10,163 bases of DNA from Gemmatimonadota bacterium (GCA_036679605.1 JAZDCZ010000074.1:1-10163); one strand, 5' to 3'; shown: positions 1 through 7,695, counted from the stretch's first letter. Notes: generated by a model not told the origin, from the sequence alone. Numbers and translations are program-made.

Positions 1-118
1 GCTTTTCGTTCCACCACTCCTCGGTGATGGCCTGGCGGGCGGCGGTAACAACGTCGTGACTAGTACGCGAAGCGAGATAGCTGATCACGGATGTCTCAAT
101 GTAGACCGAAGACGTCAC
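1..118 (-). CDS. PIN-domain (VapC-like) toxin, 5' part; runs off the window
   Basis: Manual translation from GTG 118 gives MTSSVYIETSVISYLASRTSHDVVTAARQAITEEWWNEK. VYIETSVISYL is the typical first strand and acidic residue of a PIN-domain family. It is absent from the ORF track because it is truncated. Confidence 0.85.
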   Translation of the reverse strand, partial: MTSSVYIETSVISYLASRTSHDVVTAARQAITEEWWNEK

Positions 119-124
119 AGCAAA

Positions 125-153
125 ATCGTACTCGTACTCAGCCTAATAGCTAA
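125..153 (-). promoter_or_regulatory. Putative cassette-internal promoter for the PIN gene
   Basis: TTAGCT (153-148), a 17-nt spacer and TACGAT (130-125) lie 6 nt upstream of the GTG start. A tandem GAGTAC GAGTAC repeat overlaps it, and there is no Shine-Dalgarno sequence. Confidence 0.4.
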
Positions 154-279
154 CGGATCGGCGATAAGCGGCGTGGAATAGCGCCACCGAGATCGCCGAG
201 CCTGAAGAGGCTGTTGCCAGATTCTACCGCGTTCGACCTGCTCAGCTATCCCACGACGGTCTTCATCGTTTTGTTAGAC
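148..279 (-). other. attC site (132 bp)
   Basis: Minus strand: GTCTAAC-AAAACGATGAAGACCGTCGTGGGATAGC...GCTATTCCACGCCGCTTATCGCCGATCC-GTTAGCT. It shares a 26-nt identical block with the 6681-6814 attC. Confidence 0.92.
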
Positions 280-548
280 TGCACCCTGGCGATTTCGCCG
301 CAAGGGAGACAACGCCTCGTGTTGAGCGTTCAAGAACAGGCTCCATGCCTGACTTTTGTATCACGTCACCAAGCCAATGCGGGTCGAGTCGAAGCTTCTC
401 ATAGCTGCTGACGGTAAAATTCCAGCCGGATTCGGTTCTCTCATGAACAAGATCATGGACGCGCACGTGACTATCCAGATACTCAAGGAAACACGTGAGT
501 ACTCGGCGGCTATCTGATCGAACTGGAATGAAACGTGCGCCTCCCTGG
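263..548 (-). pseudogene. 5'-truncated CDS remnant, probably the C-terminal part of a class I SAM-dependent methyltransferase
   Basis: The 263..466 frame extends upstream without a start codon as QGGARFIPVRSDSRRVLTCFLEYLDSHVRVHDLVHERTESGWNFTVSSYEKLRL. From memory, this resembles the C-terminal region of a bacterial class I methyltransferase family. No glycine-rich SAM motif is present, and the frame is closed upstream by TAA in the half attC (595-593). Confidence 0.62.
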
Positions 549-598
549 CGCCAGCGCCGTGACAGGACCGAGCCACTAGCTTCAACGAACAGTTAGAC
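549..598 (-). other. Truncated (5' half) attC of the KAP cassette
   Basis: 51 nt after the KAP stop, the minus strand reads GTCTAAC-TGTTCGTTGAAGCT...GTCACGGCGCTGGCG, resembling the left arm of the 4189 attC (CTAAC..TTGAAGCT..GTCAC). TGGTCTAAC is 8/9 complementary to the KAP cassette start GTTAGCCCA. No GTTRRRY partner follows. Confidence 0.7.
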
Positions 599-649
599 CA
601 GACGGCCAATGTCCCTCTGACGGCCGGAGACACTGCAGGCCCAAAAGAC

Positions 650-3600
650 TCAACTGCCCTCTCTTGGCGTCAAGCCTTTCGGGCACTCAACCCCGATCGT
701 GTCCGCCAATTCAATACGGAGAGCCTTCGCTTCCTCCGTGTCTCCCTCGGGTTCTGACCTGAGCATGTCCTCCAAACGGCGCTGGAAGTCTCCAACACCG
801 CTCTTGTTCGGATGAGAATCAAGGAAGTCGGGCTCGGCCTTCAGAAAGTCAATCATCCAACGCAGTCCATCGGCATTTCCTAGCTTTAATAATGAGGTGA
901 AGAGTCCAGATACGGCACGACTGTCATTCAGAACTTCCAATTGCGCAACTTCCTGCCCGTAGAACTCAAAAAAGGCTGCAGGAAGTTTGCCCTGGGCTGT
1001 AACAGCCACCTCAAAGAGGTCGGACCGGAAGACCTTCCTTGTGTCTGGGTGAAGAGGCACCAGTAAGTCTTGCCAGTGCGTGGGCTTGAGATATTCGGGT
1101 TTTTCCTCGCCTGCCACTGTCTTGCGGGCATGTTCCACAAGCGCATCCCGGTATTGGTGCCCAAGTTCAAAATCGATCTTCGCTTCGACGAGATCAACGA
1201 CGAGCTCCGCAAGGTTATCTTCGCCGTGGAGCTCGATCTGCCATCTATCGAGGTCGGTATCCTGGAGGCCCGCAACGCAGACTCTCTGCAGCTCTTCCGC
1301 CGCCCCCGTTCTAATCATGAGCGCGTACAACGAGCCTCGATCGGGAGCGAATTCCTGCTCTTCGAGATAGTTAAGGAGCTGAATCTTCTCCACTAGCAGA
1401 GTAGCAAAGGTCTCTTGTGTTTCCTCCGTAAGGGTCTCGGAAATAAGCGGCCACTTTTCGAGAACAGTTTCAGGTGGAAAAAACTGGGCGAAGTCGGCGG
1501 CTTTCGCGGCGTGGCGCAGGCACTCGACTACGAGCGGTTTGATGGCATCGTTAGCTCCGGCGAGCTCAAACAGGAGCGCGCATTGGTCCGTTCCAGATAG
1601 GTATTCAGTGATAGCAGAAACAAGGTCCTGTGGCGGCGCGGCAATCAGTTGTGTCGCCGATTGATGCCCCGCAGCAGCGTTGCCGGTCCCCGGCGGCGCC
1701 GGCAGCGACGGCTGAGCCTCGAGGTGAAGCAGGAGACATCGAGCTGCTGCTGCCGTATTTACACCCCTGCCCTTTGAGTAGACGGCGTGAAGGTGATGCA
1801 AAAGGTGGCCACCACTTGCCATAGTTGAAAGTGCCTTCTGTGCAGACACGACGTCGGATCGGAGATCGACTAGGATGTTCAAGAGCGCCTCGACGGATGT
1901 GGTGTCCAGGGCATCGGGGCTCTCGAGGCGCGATCGCGCCGTGGCGACAACGGTTTCCCACTTCAACTCGGCGTTAATAACGCGAAGGACGTGTAGGGAA
2001 TCAACAAGCATCGGGAGAAGCGCGTCGTCGCTGAGCCCGGCAGTTACGGCTTCCTCGAAATTGTCCTTGGTCACGTCGACGCGGAACACCTTCCAGAAAC
2101 GGGCGTCCGAGTCGCGCTCGGCGAGGTAGTGACAGACGAGAAGGCTATTCTGAGCAGGCCCCGGTATCTCAATCCCTTCCGCGAACGCGTCTTGGAAATT
2201 GAGTTCCTTCAAGGTCTCCAAGAGGGCAACAACGGTGATAGACCAGTCCGCCGCGGAAAACCCTTTGTCTTCTTCTGTGTGGCCGGGAGAAAGAGTAGCA
2301 AGGAGACGTTTGGCGAGTTGTCGGTCTCCGCAGAGGCGACACATAGCACTCAGTCCAAGGCTCGTTTCGGTGCCGAGAGGCTGCCATTTCTTGACAGCGA
2401 GCGCGGCGGTTCGAAGGTGGCTGAGCGTGTGCTGCTTCATCGCCGAATCCAGTCCCTTGATGATTTCAGACTCTGCGATGCACCATGCAGCTTTCGCAAG
2501 CTTTTCTGGCTCCTGTTCGGACCACTGAAAGAAGTCGATCGACTCAAGAACCTCCCAGAGCCCAGGAGAATCGACCAGGCTTTTCAGGGCCTCCGCGTCG
2601 GCCTGCTCCAAAATGTGTGTGAGCTTGTCTCCTAGGATGAGCTGCCGAGCGACGGAAACGCTCGTGTTGAAAGCGAGCGCGGCGAGGTTGTCTCTGATCT
2701 CGGGACTGACGAGGTCCTGGACTTCAGGAGTGGGCAACTCGGCGTTTCGAAGCACTTTTTCGACGTCGTCACCTCGATGTCTCAAGAGAACGTAGTATGC
2801 GAGATCGGAAAGAGGCAGCTGGTCCTGCCACTGACGATGAAGACCGCCGATGTCGTTCACATACAGTTTGAGATTTCGGGGAGTGGGAGAATTCATCGGT
2901 TCGAGTAACGACGCGTAAAGTCGGTAGACTGCGTGGAAGTCGTCTTGATTGTGATCCGGAAGGGCTTCGTGAAGCTGCTCGTTTAAGTATGTTCGCCAGT
3001 TAGAGACGAGGAGCGGTGGCACAGATAGACGGAGTTGGAATGTTTTGCTGAGAAAAGAGCTCGCGACCTCCTTGGAGGCGATGGTATCAGCCCAGAGATG
3101 TTGAATCCCCTGGGGATCATACGGAACCACAATCCAGAAACGCGCGATCCACGCAGGGCAGTGGTGCTCGCTAAGCTGAAGGAATGTGCGAAGAGATGAC
3201 CATATTGACAGCGCATCATGGGGAGCGACCCTGTCGAGATTGTCGACTACAAGAACAGTGCGGCGGTCAGTGTCGGAACCAAGTGCAGCCTGCATCAGAT
3301 CAACGAAGATCGACTGAAACTCTACAGATGTGGGTTCGGGTGTTTCTATTGCTTCGGTACGGGTGGTCGTTGTCGAGCCTTTCACGAGAACGGCCCATGC
3401 TTCTGTGCTCGCGTTGCGAAGCCGCGCCCAGAGCAGAACGAAGAGCGGTGCAAGGGTGAAGAGAAGACCAATCAAGAATTGCCAAGCGAAGGTCCTACCA
3501 GGCCCCGGAATGAGGTATACCGGGTCCCGGAGCCCACTATTCATAAGGGCGAAGCCAATCGGCACAAGAAACGTGCTGGTGAGAAGGTATTTCGCAAATG

Positions 3601-3994
3601 GGGTCAGGCGTGGAGTCGTGACAGTTTCGGAGACCTTCTTCCGTCTGGAAAGATGGTCCCTTCTGTCGGCCCACTCCTTCTCTGAGATCCAGTCAGCATC
3701 GACGAAAGCGCTGATTAGAGTCTCAAGGAAGGTCCGCCGGAGTGGATCGCCCTCGTGAGCCCAGGCGTCGAAAACGAGGAGAGTTAAATTCTCGTCGCGG
3801 TCTGTTTCGCCGCGAAGAAGCTTCACGACGGTAGATTTCCCAGAGCCCCACCCTCCCTCGAGGCCGATTGCTTTCCCACCGCGTTCGGCGCGGATCAACT
3901 CAGCGAGGGCTGTTGCTATTCTCTGGTGCGATCCAAAAGCATCGGACGATGCCGGGGCGTCAGAGATGAGTTTTGTGCGGCAATCAGATGCCAT
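650..3994 (-). CDS. Cassette 4: KAP-family P-loop NTPase with two inserted TM helices and a long helical C-terminal region
   Basis: Motifs are N-terminal SDAP..DAFG, Walker A IGLEGGWGSGKS (3856-3833), FDAWAHE, Walker B VLVVDNLDR, FLSKTFQ and TPRNLKLYVN. Two TM segments lie between Walker A and Walker B (YLLTSTFLVPIGFALM; FLIGLLFTLAPLFVLLW). GGAGG lies upstream of the ATG. Confidence 0.92.
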   Translation of the reverse strand: MASDCRTKLISDAPASSDAFGSHQRIATALAELIRAERGGKAIGLEGGWGSGKSTVVKLLRGETDRDENLTLLVFDAWAHEGDPLRRTFLETLISAFVDADWISEKEWADRRDHLSRRKKVSETVTTPRLTPFAKYLLTSTFLVPIGFALMNSGLRDPVYLIPGPGRTFAWQFLIGLLFTLAPLFVLLWARLRNASTEAWAVLVKGSTTTTRTEAIETPEPTSVEFQSIFVDLMQAALGSDTDRRTVLVVDNLDRVAPHDALSIWSSLRTFLQLSEHHCPAWIARFWIVVPYDPQGIQHLWADTIASKEVASSFLSKTFQLRLSVPPLLVSNWRTYLNEQLHEALPDHNQDDFHAVYRLYASLLEPMNSPTPRNLKLYVNDIGGLHRQWQDQLPLSDLAYYVLLRHRGDDVEKVLRNAELPTPEVQDLVSPEIRDNLAALAFNTSVSVARQLILGDKLTHILEQADAEALKSLVDSPGLWEVLESIDFFQWSEQEPEKLAKAAWCIAESEIIKGLDSAMKQHTLSHLRTAALAVKKWQPLGTETSLGLSAMCRLCGDRQLAKRLLATLSPGHTEEDKGFSAADWSITVVALLETLKELNFQDAFAEGIEIPGPAQNSLLVCHYLAERDSDARFWKVFRVDVTKDNFEEAVTAGLSDDALLPMLVDSLHVLRVINAELKWETVVATARSRLESPDALDTTSVEALLNILVDLRSDVVSAQKALSTMASGGHLLHHLHAVYSKGRGVNTAAAARCLLLHLEAQPSLPAPPGTGNAAAGHQSATQLIAAPPQDLVSAITEYLSGTDQCALLFELAGANDAIKPLVVECLRHAAKAADFAQFFPPETVLEKWPLISETLTEETQETFATLLVEKIQLLNYLEEQEFAPDRGSLYALMIRTGAAEELQRVCVAGLQDTDLDRWQIELHGEDNLAELVVDLVEAKIDFELGHQYRDALVEHARKTVAGEEKPEYLKPTHWQDLLVPLHPDTRKVFRSDLFEVAVTAQGKLPAAFFEFYGQEVAQLEVLNDSRAVSGLFTSLLKLGNADGLRWMIDFLKAEPDFLDSHPNKSGVGDFQRRLEDMLRSEPEGDTEEAKALRIELADTIGVECPKGLTPREGS

Positions 3995-4109
3995 GGTCTA
4001 GCTCGCCCTCCAAGGTCGATGTCGTACGGCTCATATCGTTACTCTTGTGTCGGTGTCTTTTTCGGGGGTTGCAATCCAGTGCAAGAGGGGTTTCCTCGAT
4101 CTTATGTTG

Positions 4110-4189
4110 GGCTAACGTTGCCTTAAGCTGCGGGCGCGACGCTTGCGCCAGCAAGCGGTGTGACCGTCAGCTTCAAGGTGTTGTTAGCC
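4110..4189 (-). other. attC site (80 bp) of cassette 3
   Basis: Minus strand: GGCTAAC-AACACCTTGAAGCTG...CGCTTGC TGGC GCAAGCG...CAGCTTAAGGCAAC-GTTAGCC. CCTT(G)AAGCTG pairs with CAGCTTAAGG with one extra base. CTGGCTAAC is complementary to the cassette start GTTAGCCAG at 6687. Confidence 0.95.
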
Positions 4190-4244
4190 AGCACACTCCC
4201 AGCTCGCCCAGACACCTCCGGAAGAGCCGCTCCTGACGTACGCA

Positions 4245-6536
4245 TCACGGCGCACTCTCCTTGCCATCTCCCTCCTCGCTTCTGGTTGGCGCCTCTACAG
4301 AGGCACTCGGGTTAGACGCTGAAGGTGGAGTGGCTGGTGCAGGGTGTCCAACTCGGAAGCGAGAAATGAAGTCACTCCGGTTATTTACCCTCATCAATAC
4401 AGGGTTCTCGCAACTGGACGCCTTTCCAAAGAACACGACGTGCCTTTCTTCGAGGCTTGGAAGCACATGGGCGTAGTCTGGTCCTAGATAGTTCTCAAGA
4501 AAAGCCATTCCTGTATCGTCGAAGGTGCGAAACGCCAGAATGGTATTGCACTGATTCAGAATCGTTTTTGTTACGTTGGCCGTTCTCTGCGATATCAATA
4601 AGCACCCCATCCCGTACTTGCGCCCCTGCAAAATCGCGCGACTTGTCCCGGCAACTGCATGCTTATCTGAATCAATCGTCAGGTTGTTGTACTCAGGAAC
4701 CAGGGAGTGCGCTTCTTCGAATACGAGACATACCTTCGCGTTGTCACGCATTTGGTCTTGGCAGGCTGCCAAGCAAGATTCAGCGACGATTCGTGTTATT
4801 TCGGCAGGAGTCGTCTCTCGAAACGCCGCTACCTGAGCCCAGTCATCTTTACCGGGACCAGTCTTTTTGTTTCGAAGGTCACCAGCCTGGATGGAAGCAC
4901 TCAATTGGCCCGGATTGTAGATCTTGATCTTTGACGCGCAACCGTCAGACAAAAAGGCGGCGATATCATCACGAATCGCGACCTTAAGATTCGCAAAGCT
5001 CCCTCCCTGTGATCTCGAATCCTCAACTTTGTCACGGTCTTTGTCGGCAGCAGTCCTAATCCTCTCGATGCATTCGGCCTCGCCAGCAGCGTCATGGTAT
5101 GCAGCGAGTTCTTGAGCATATTGGTTGGTGAGGTCGAGGCAGACCACCTTGATGCCTTCCGCAAACATCCGCTCCAGAATCTCGATCGCGAGAAATGATT
5201 TTCCAACACCGAGGATCCCCAGGATCGCGGTGTTGTGAGTGACGAGCTCGTGGATGTTCTTAAGCCTTATCGGGTACTTGGTGGAAGGAAGGTGTCCAAT
5301 CGCGTTCTCGTCTAGATCTTCAGATGGACCCTTGCTCGTAAACACTGGCGAGTGCATGGCAGGAATCCACTTGACCGACTTGAAACTACCCGTACCCGAA
5401 TCCCAACGACCGATCTTGCGGGCTTCGGCGCGCGCAAACCCGCGTGTGTTTCGTTGGAACACAGTTTCTTCACGAGTCAGGCCGTCGGTGATCTGGTAAA
5501 GAACTGACCTTCCCTTGATCGACGCCTCCACGACCGCTCCTTCACTCACGCTGGCCTCTTGAATGACCTCCACATAAAGCCTGTTAATCGAGGTGTTCTC
5601 GGCAACCAAGCCCACGAGGTCGCTCGCCCGTTGGGGATAGGTCTCCTGATCGAGAACACTCTTAAGGTATCCGTCGGGAAGAACCCTCGCCGCGTATCCG
5701 CTTGGGATGGTCTTCGCTAGTACCTCCACCCTATTCTGCGCTTCCGCTGGTAGCTCAAGAAGCTTCGCACGTAGGAGCATTCCGAAATCCCTCCCGAAGT
5801 AGCCCAGGACTTGCGATAGCTGCGGTCTCGCTCCCCGATCATTGACTATGAGATAGTCACCAAACTTGGCGTCCCTTGCGGGCTGGCGGACAATTACGAT
5901 GCCCGGATCGTCGAAGCCCGCGATTTCTCCCGCGACTCCCAAGACTTCGGTACTTCCCCAGATCCTGCGGATCTTGCTGAGAAAGGTGGCGAAGTGAGCC
6001 TCGGGGCGAAGCAGAACTATGACGATTAGGACCAACAGAATTGTAAACACCTGCAATGAACTATCACGATGGAACAGGCCGACGGCAGTAATGATCACGA
6101 TGCTGAACAAGATCCGATCGTTCCCGAACTGGTTTGAGAGCTCCTTTGCGGATGTTCCGATTCGGAGCCATGGCCCTTCTCGCTGAGATCGCAGCAACAA
6201 TGCGCATGCGGAAGAGATCCCGACAAGGACCAGGTACACTAAGACTGCGACAGCAAGAAATGACTCAACACTGTCAAACGCAGACCAGTCAAACGCTAGC
6301 CAGCATGTTACGAAGGCAGCAACCGCTGAGGCAATGTGATTAGCGGGGCGCTCGAAGTAGGGCGTCACGAGAAAGCTGCTCAAGAGCAAGCTTAGTACTC
6401 CGGCGACAAACCAGAGACTGTTGCCGTCAGTTGCCGGGATCCATGAACCGAACGCCAGTCTGTTGGCCGCGAAGAGTAGGCCAAGATAGAGAACCAAAAA
6501 CAGGAATCTTATCTTACTGCTCTCAATTGGTTTCAC
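4245..6536 (-). CDS. Cassette 3: membrane-anchored HerA/FtsK-superfamily ATPase (DUF87/HerA-like) with an N-terminal multi-pass TM domain
   Basis: Walker A GILGVGKS (5219-5196) follows THNTAIL. Other HerA-like motifs are VVCLDLTNQY, Walker B LVFEEAH, ILQGRKYG, LISQR and ILNQCNT. About six hydrophobic helices lie in the first ~190 aa. Start placed at GTG 6536 (GAGG upstream); TTG 6584 is the alternative. Confidence 0.88.
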   Translation of the reverse strand: MKPIESSKIRFLFLVLYLGLLFAANRLAFGSWIPATDGNSLWFVAGVLSLLLSSFLVTPYFERPANHIASAVAAFVTCWLAFDWSAFDSVESFLAVAVLVYLVLVGISSACALLLRSQREGPWLRIGTSAKELSNQFGNDRILFSIVIITAVGLFHRDSSLQVFTILLVLIVIVLLRPEAHFATFLSKIRRIWGSTEVLGVAGEIAGFDDPGIVIVRQPARDAKFGDYLIVNDRGARPQLSQVLGYFGRDFGMLLRAKLLELPAEAQNRVEVLAKTIPSGYAARVLPDGYLKSVLDQETYPQRASDLVGLVAENTSINRLYVEVIQEASVSEGAVVEASIKGRSVLYQITDGLTREETVFQRNTRGFARAEARKIGRWDSGTGSFKSVKWIPAMHSPVFTSKGPSEDLDENAIGHLPSTKYPIRLKNIHELVTHNTAILGILGVGKSFLAIEILERMFAEGIKVVCLDLTNQYAQELAAYHDAAGEAECIERIRTAADKDRDKVEDSRSQGGSFANLKVAIRDDIAAFLSDGCASKIKIYNPGQLSASIQAGDLRNKKTGPGKDDWAQVAAFRETTPAEITRIVAESCLAACQDQMRDNAKVCLVFEEAHSLVPEYNNLTIDSDKHAVAGTSRAILQGRKYGMGCLLISQRTANVTKTILNQCNTILAFRTFDDTGMAFLENYLGPDYAHVLPSLEERHVVFFGKASSCENPVLMRVNNRSDFISRFRVGHPAPATPPSASNPSASVEAPTRSEEGDGKESAP

Positions 6537-6680
6537 GACCGGACCCTCATGAATAAGCCGAACGTAGGCCGCATCACCCGACAATGTTTGTGAGCCGGAG
6601 ACTAATCGGGATAAATGACCACATGAACGTCAGGCCAACCTTGCATTGCTTTGTCAGAACCGACTCTCCTAACCTTGACT

Positions 6681-6814
6681 GGCTAACGGATCGGCGATAA
6701 GCGGCGTTGAATAGTGCCGCCGGACTCCGCCGAGCCAATGAAGGTTGATGCCAGAACGGTACAGCGGTCGTTCGAACCACGCTATTCCACGTCCGGTTCA
6801 ACGCCTTGTTGGGC
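6681..6814 (-). other. attC site (134 bp) of cassette 2
   Basis: Minus strand: GCCCAAC-AAGGCGTTGAACCGGACGTGGAATAG...CTATTCAACGCCGCTTATCGCCGATCC-GTTAGCC. Its inverse core CGCCGCCCAAC is complementary to the cassette's left end GTTGGGCGGCG at 7702. Confidence 0.92.
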
Positions 6815-6821
6815 GGCGGCG

Positions 6822-7685
6822 CTACTGCTTGCACGTGCAACCTGAGGAACCCAGCTTCTTGGCCAGTGTGCGACACGTGGGGGGAACGAACCAAGTGGCT
6901 TGGACTGTACGCTCACTGGGAGTGAGGCGAGCTACGACGTAACGCATACCCACGTACACCTCGTCATCTGATCCAAGCGCGATCGAGTTCGGATAGAGGC
7001 CTCCCAGTTCGATCCTCTGGAGCACTTGCAGCTCACCGCCTCGATACGAGAGGATCCGGTCGGTAGCAACGATGAGAATTCCCAGAGTTGGGTGCTTGAT
7101 AGCAACTTCAGCAGCCGTCCCGAGAGGCGTTTCGCGAACGATTCGCCACCGGCCGTCATCGCCACGACGGATGTACTTTATCGAGCCCTCACGCAGGCCT
7201 AGATGGGCGAGTCCGGAAACCAGAAGGACCTCTTCACCAGCGGGGAAGAACGCGACCGGGTTGCCACCGGCGCCCCAGGTTTCACTGAGGCGATCGTTGG
7301 AACTCCCATCCGAAGAGAGCCACCAAACACTGCCACCCCATTCGCCCGCGTTGAATCCGACGAGATAGCCGTCATCAACCTTGAGATATGACCTGGCCCC
7401 GCGTGCGGCGTCGCCGAGGCTTGCATAAGCGGTCTCTGGCAACGGCAAGGAGACCTCGAGTCGCTGTTGATACTCCTGGACCACCACGCGCCCCGACTCG
7501 GCCCCGACGTGCCATTCACCCCCGAATCCATGGTTGGCGCACATGAAGAGAGAGTTAGACCACTCGTCGGGGGCTCCGAACTCCGCCCAGCGAGCGATTT
7601 CCTGTGGTGGGGCCTCACCTGCGAACTGCCAGGCATCGGCGCTTGCCGCAGTCAACAGAAACAGCAAGACGATCGCATACTGCAT
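6822..7685 (-). CDS. Cassette 2: secreted hypothetical protein (~287 aa, possibly beta-propeller-like)
   Basis: ATG 7685 lies just inside the cassette and begins a signal-peptide-like MQYAIVLLFLLTAASADA ending in AxA. The body has Gly/Trp-rich beta repeats (GYLVGFNAGEWGGSVWW, GLAHLG, LYPNSI, VYVGMR) and a C-terminal Cys cluster. The stop lies 7 nt before the attC. Confidence 0.82.
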   Translation of the reverse strand: MQYAIVLLFLLTAASADAWQFAGEAPPQEIARWAEFGAPDEWSNSLFMCANHGFGGEWHVGAESGRVVVQEYQQRLEVSLPLPETAYASLGDAARGARSYLKVDDGYLVGFNAGEWGGSVWWLSSDGSSNDRLSETWGAGGNPVAFFPAGEEVLLVSGLAHLGLREGSIKYIRRGDDGRWRIVRETPLGTAAEVAIKHPTLGILIVATDRILSYRGGELQVLQRIELGGLYPNSIALGSDDEVYVGMRYVVARLTPSERTVQATWFVPPTCRTLAKKLGSSGCTCKQ

Positions 7686-7695
7686 CGGCTTCGCC

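Noticed and set aside
508..598. Complete attC using GATAGCC (514-508) as the right core
   Set aside because: There is partial complementarity (CTAACTGTTCG vs CTATCTGATCG), but the invariant GTT is absent and the spacing is off. These bases also encode the protein-like RFIPVRSD segment, so a deletion junction fits better.
214..633. ORFs 214..411 (+) and 361..633 (-)
   Set aside because: They are antisense or off-frame to the methyltransferase-like remnant, cross attC sequence and show no motifs.
928..6343. Numerous short ORFs inside or antisense to the KAP and HerA genes
   Set aside because: Shadow ORFs of long GC-rich genes with no recognisable domains.
4245..6584. TM-ATPase as a conjugative coupling protein (VirD4/TraD) or FtsK
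   Set aside because: The motifs (EEAH, GRKYG, SQR, NQCNT) and the upstream barrel-like region fit HerA/DUF87 better, and no conjugation genes are present. Not fully excluded without an HMM search.
6667..6673. Extra core-like heptamers near cassette starts (GTTAGGA 6673-6667; ATTAGGC 147-141)
   Set aside because: They have no accompanying inverse core or hairpin and are short enough to occur by chance.
149..6707. 26-nt direct repeat as a CRISPR repeat or IS end
   Set aside because: There are only two copies, 6.5 kb apart, each part of an attC arm.
6574..6942. ORFs 6574..6894 (-) and 6745..6942 (+)
   Set aside because: They span the attC and overlap real genes, which is typical of spurious translations of attC palindromes.
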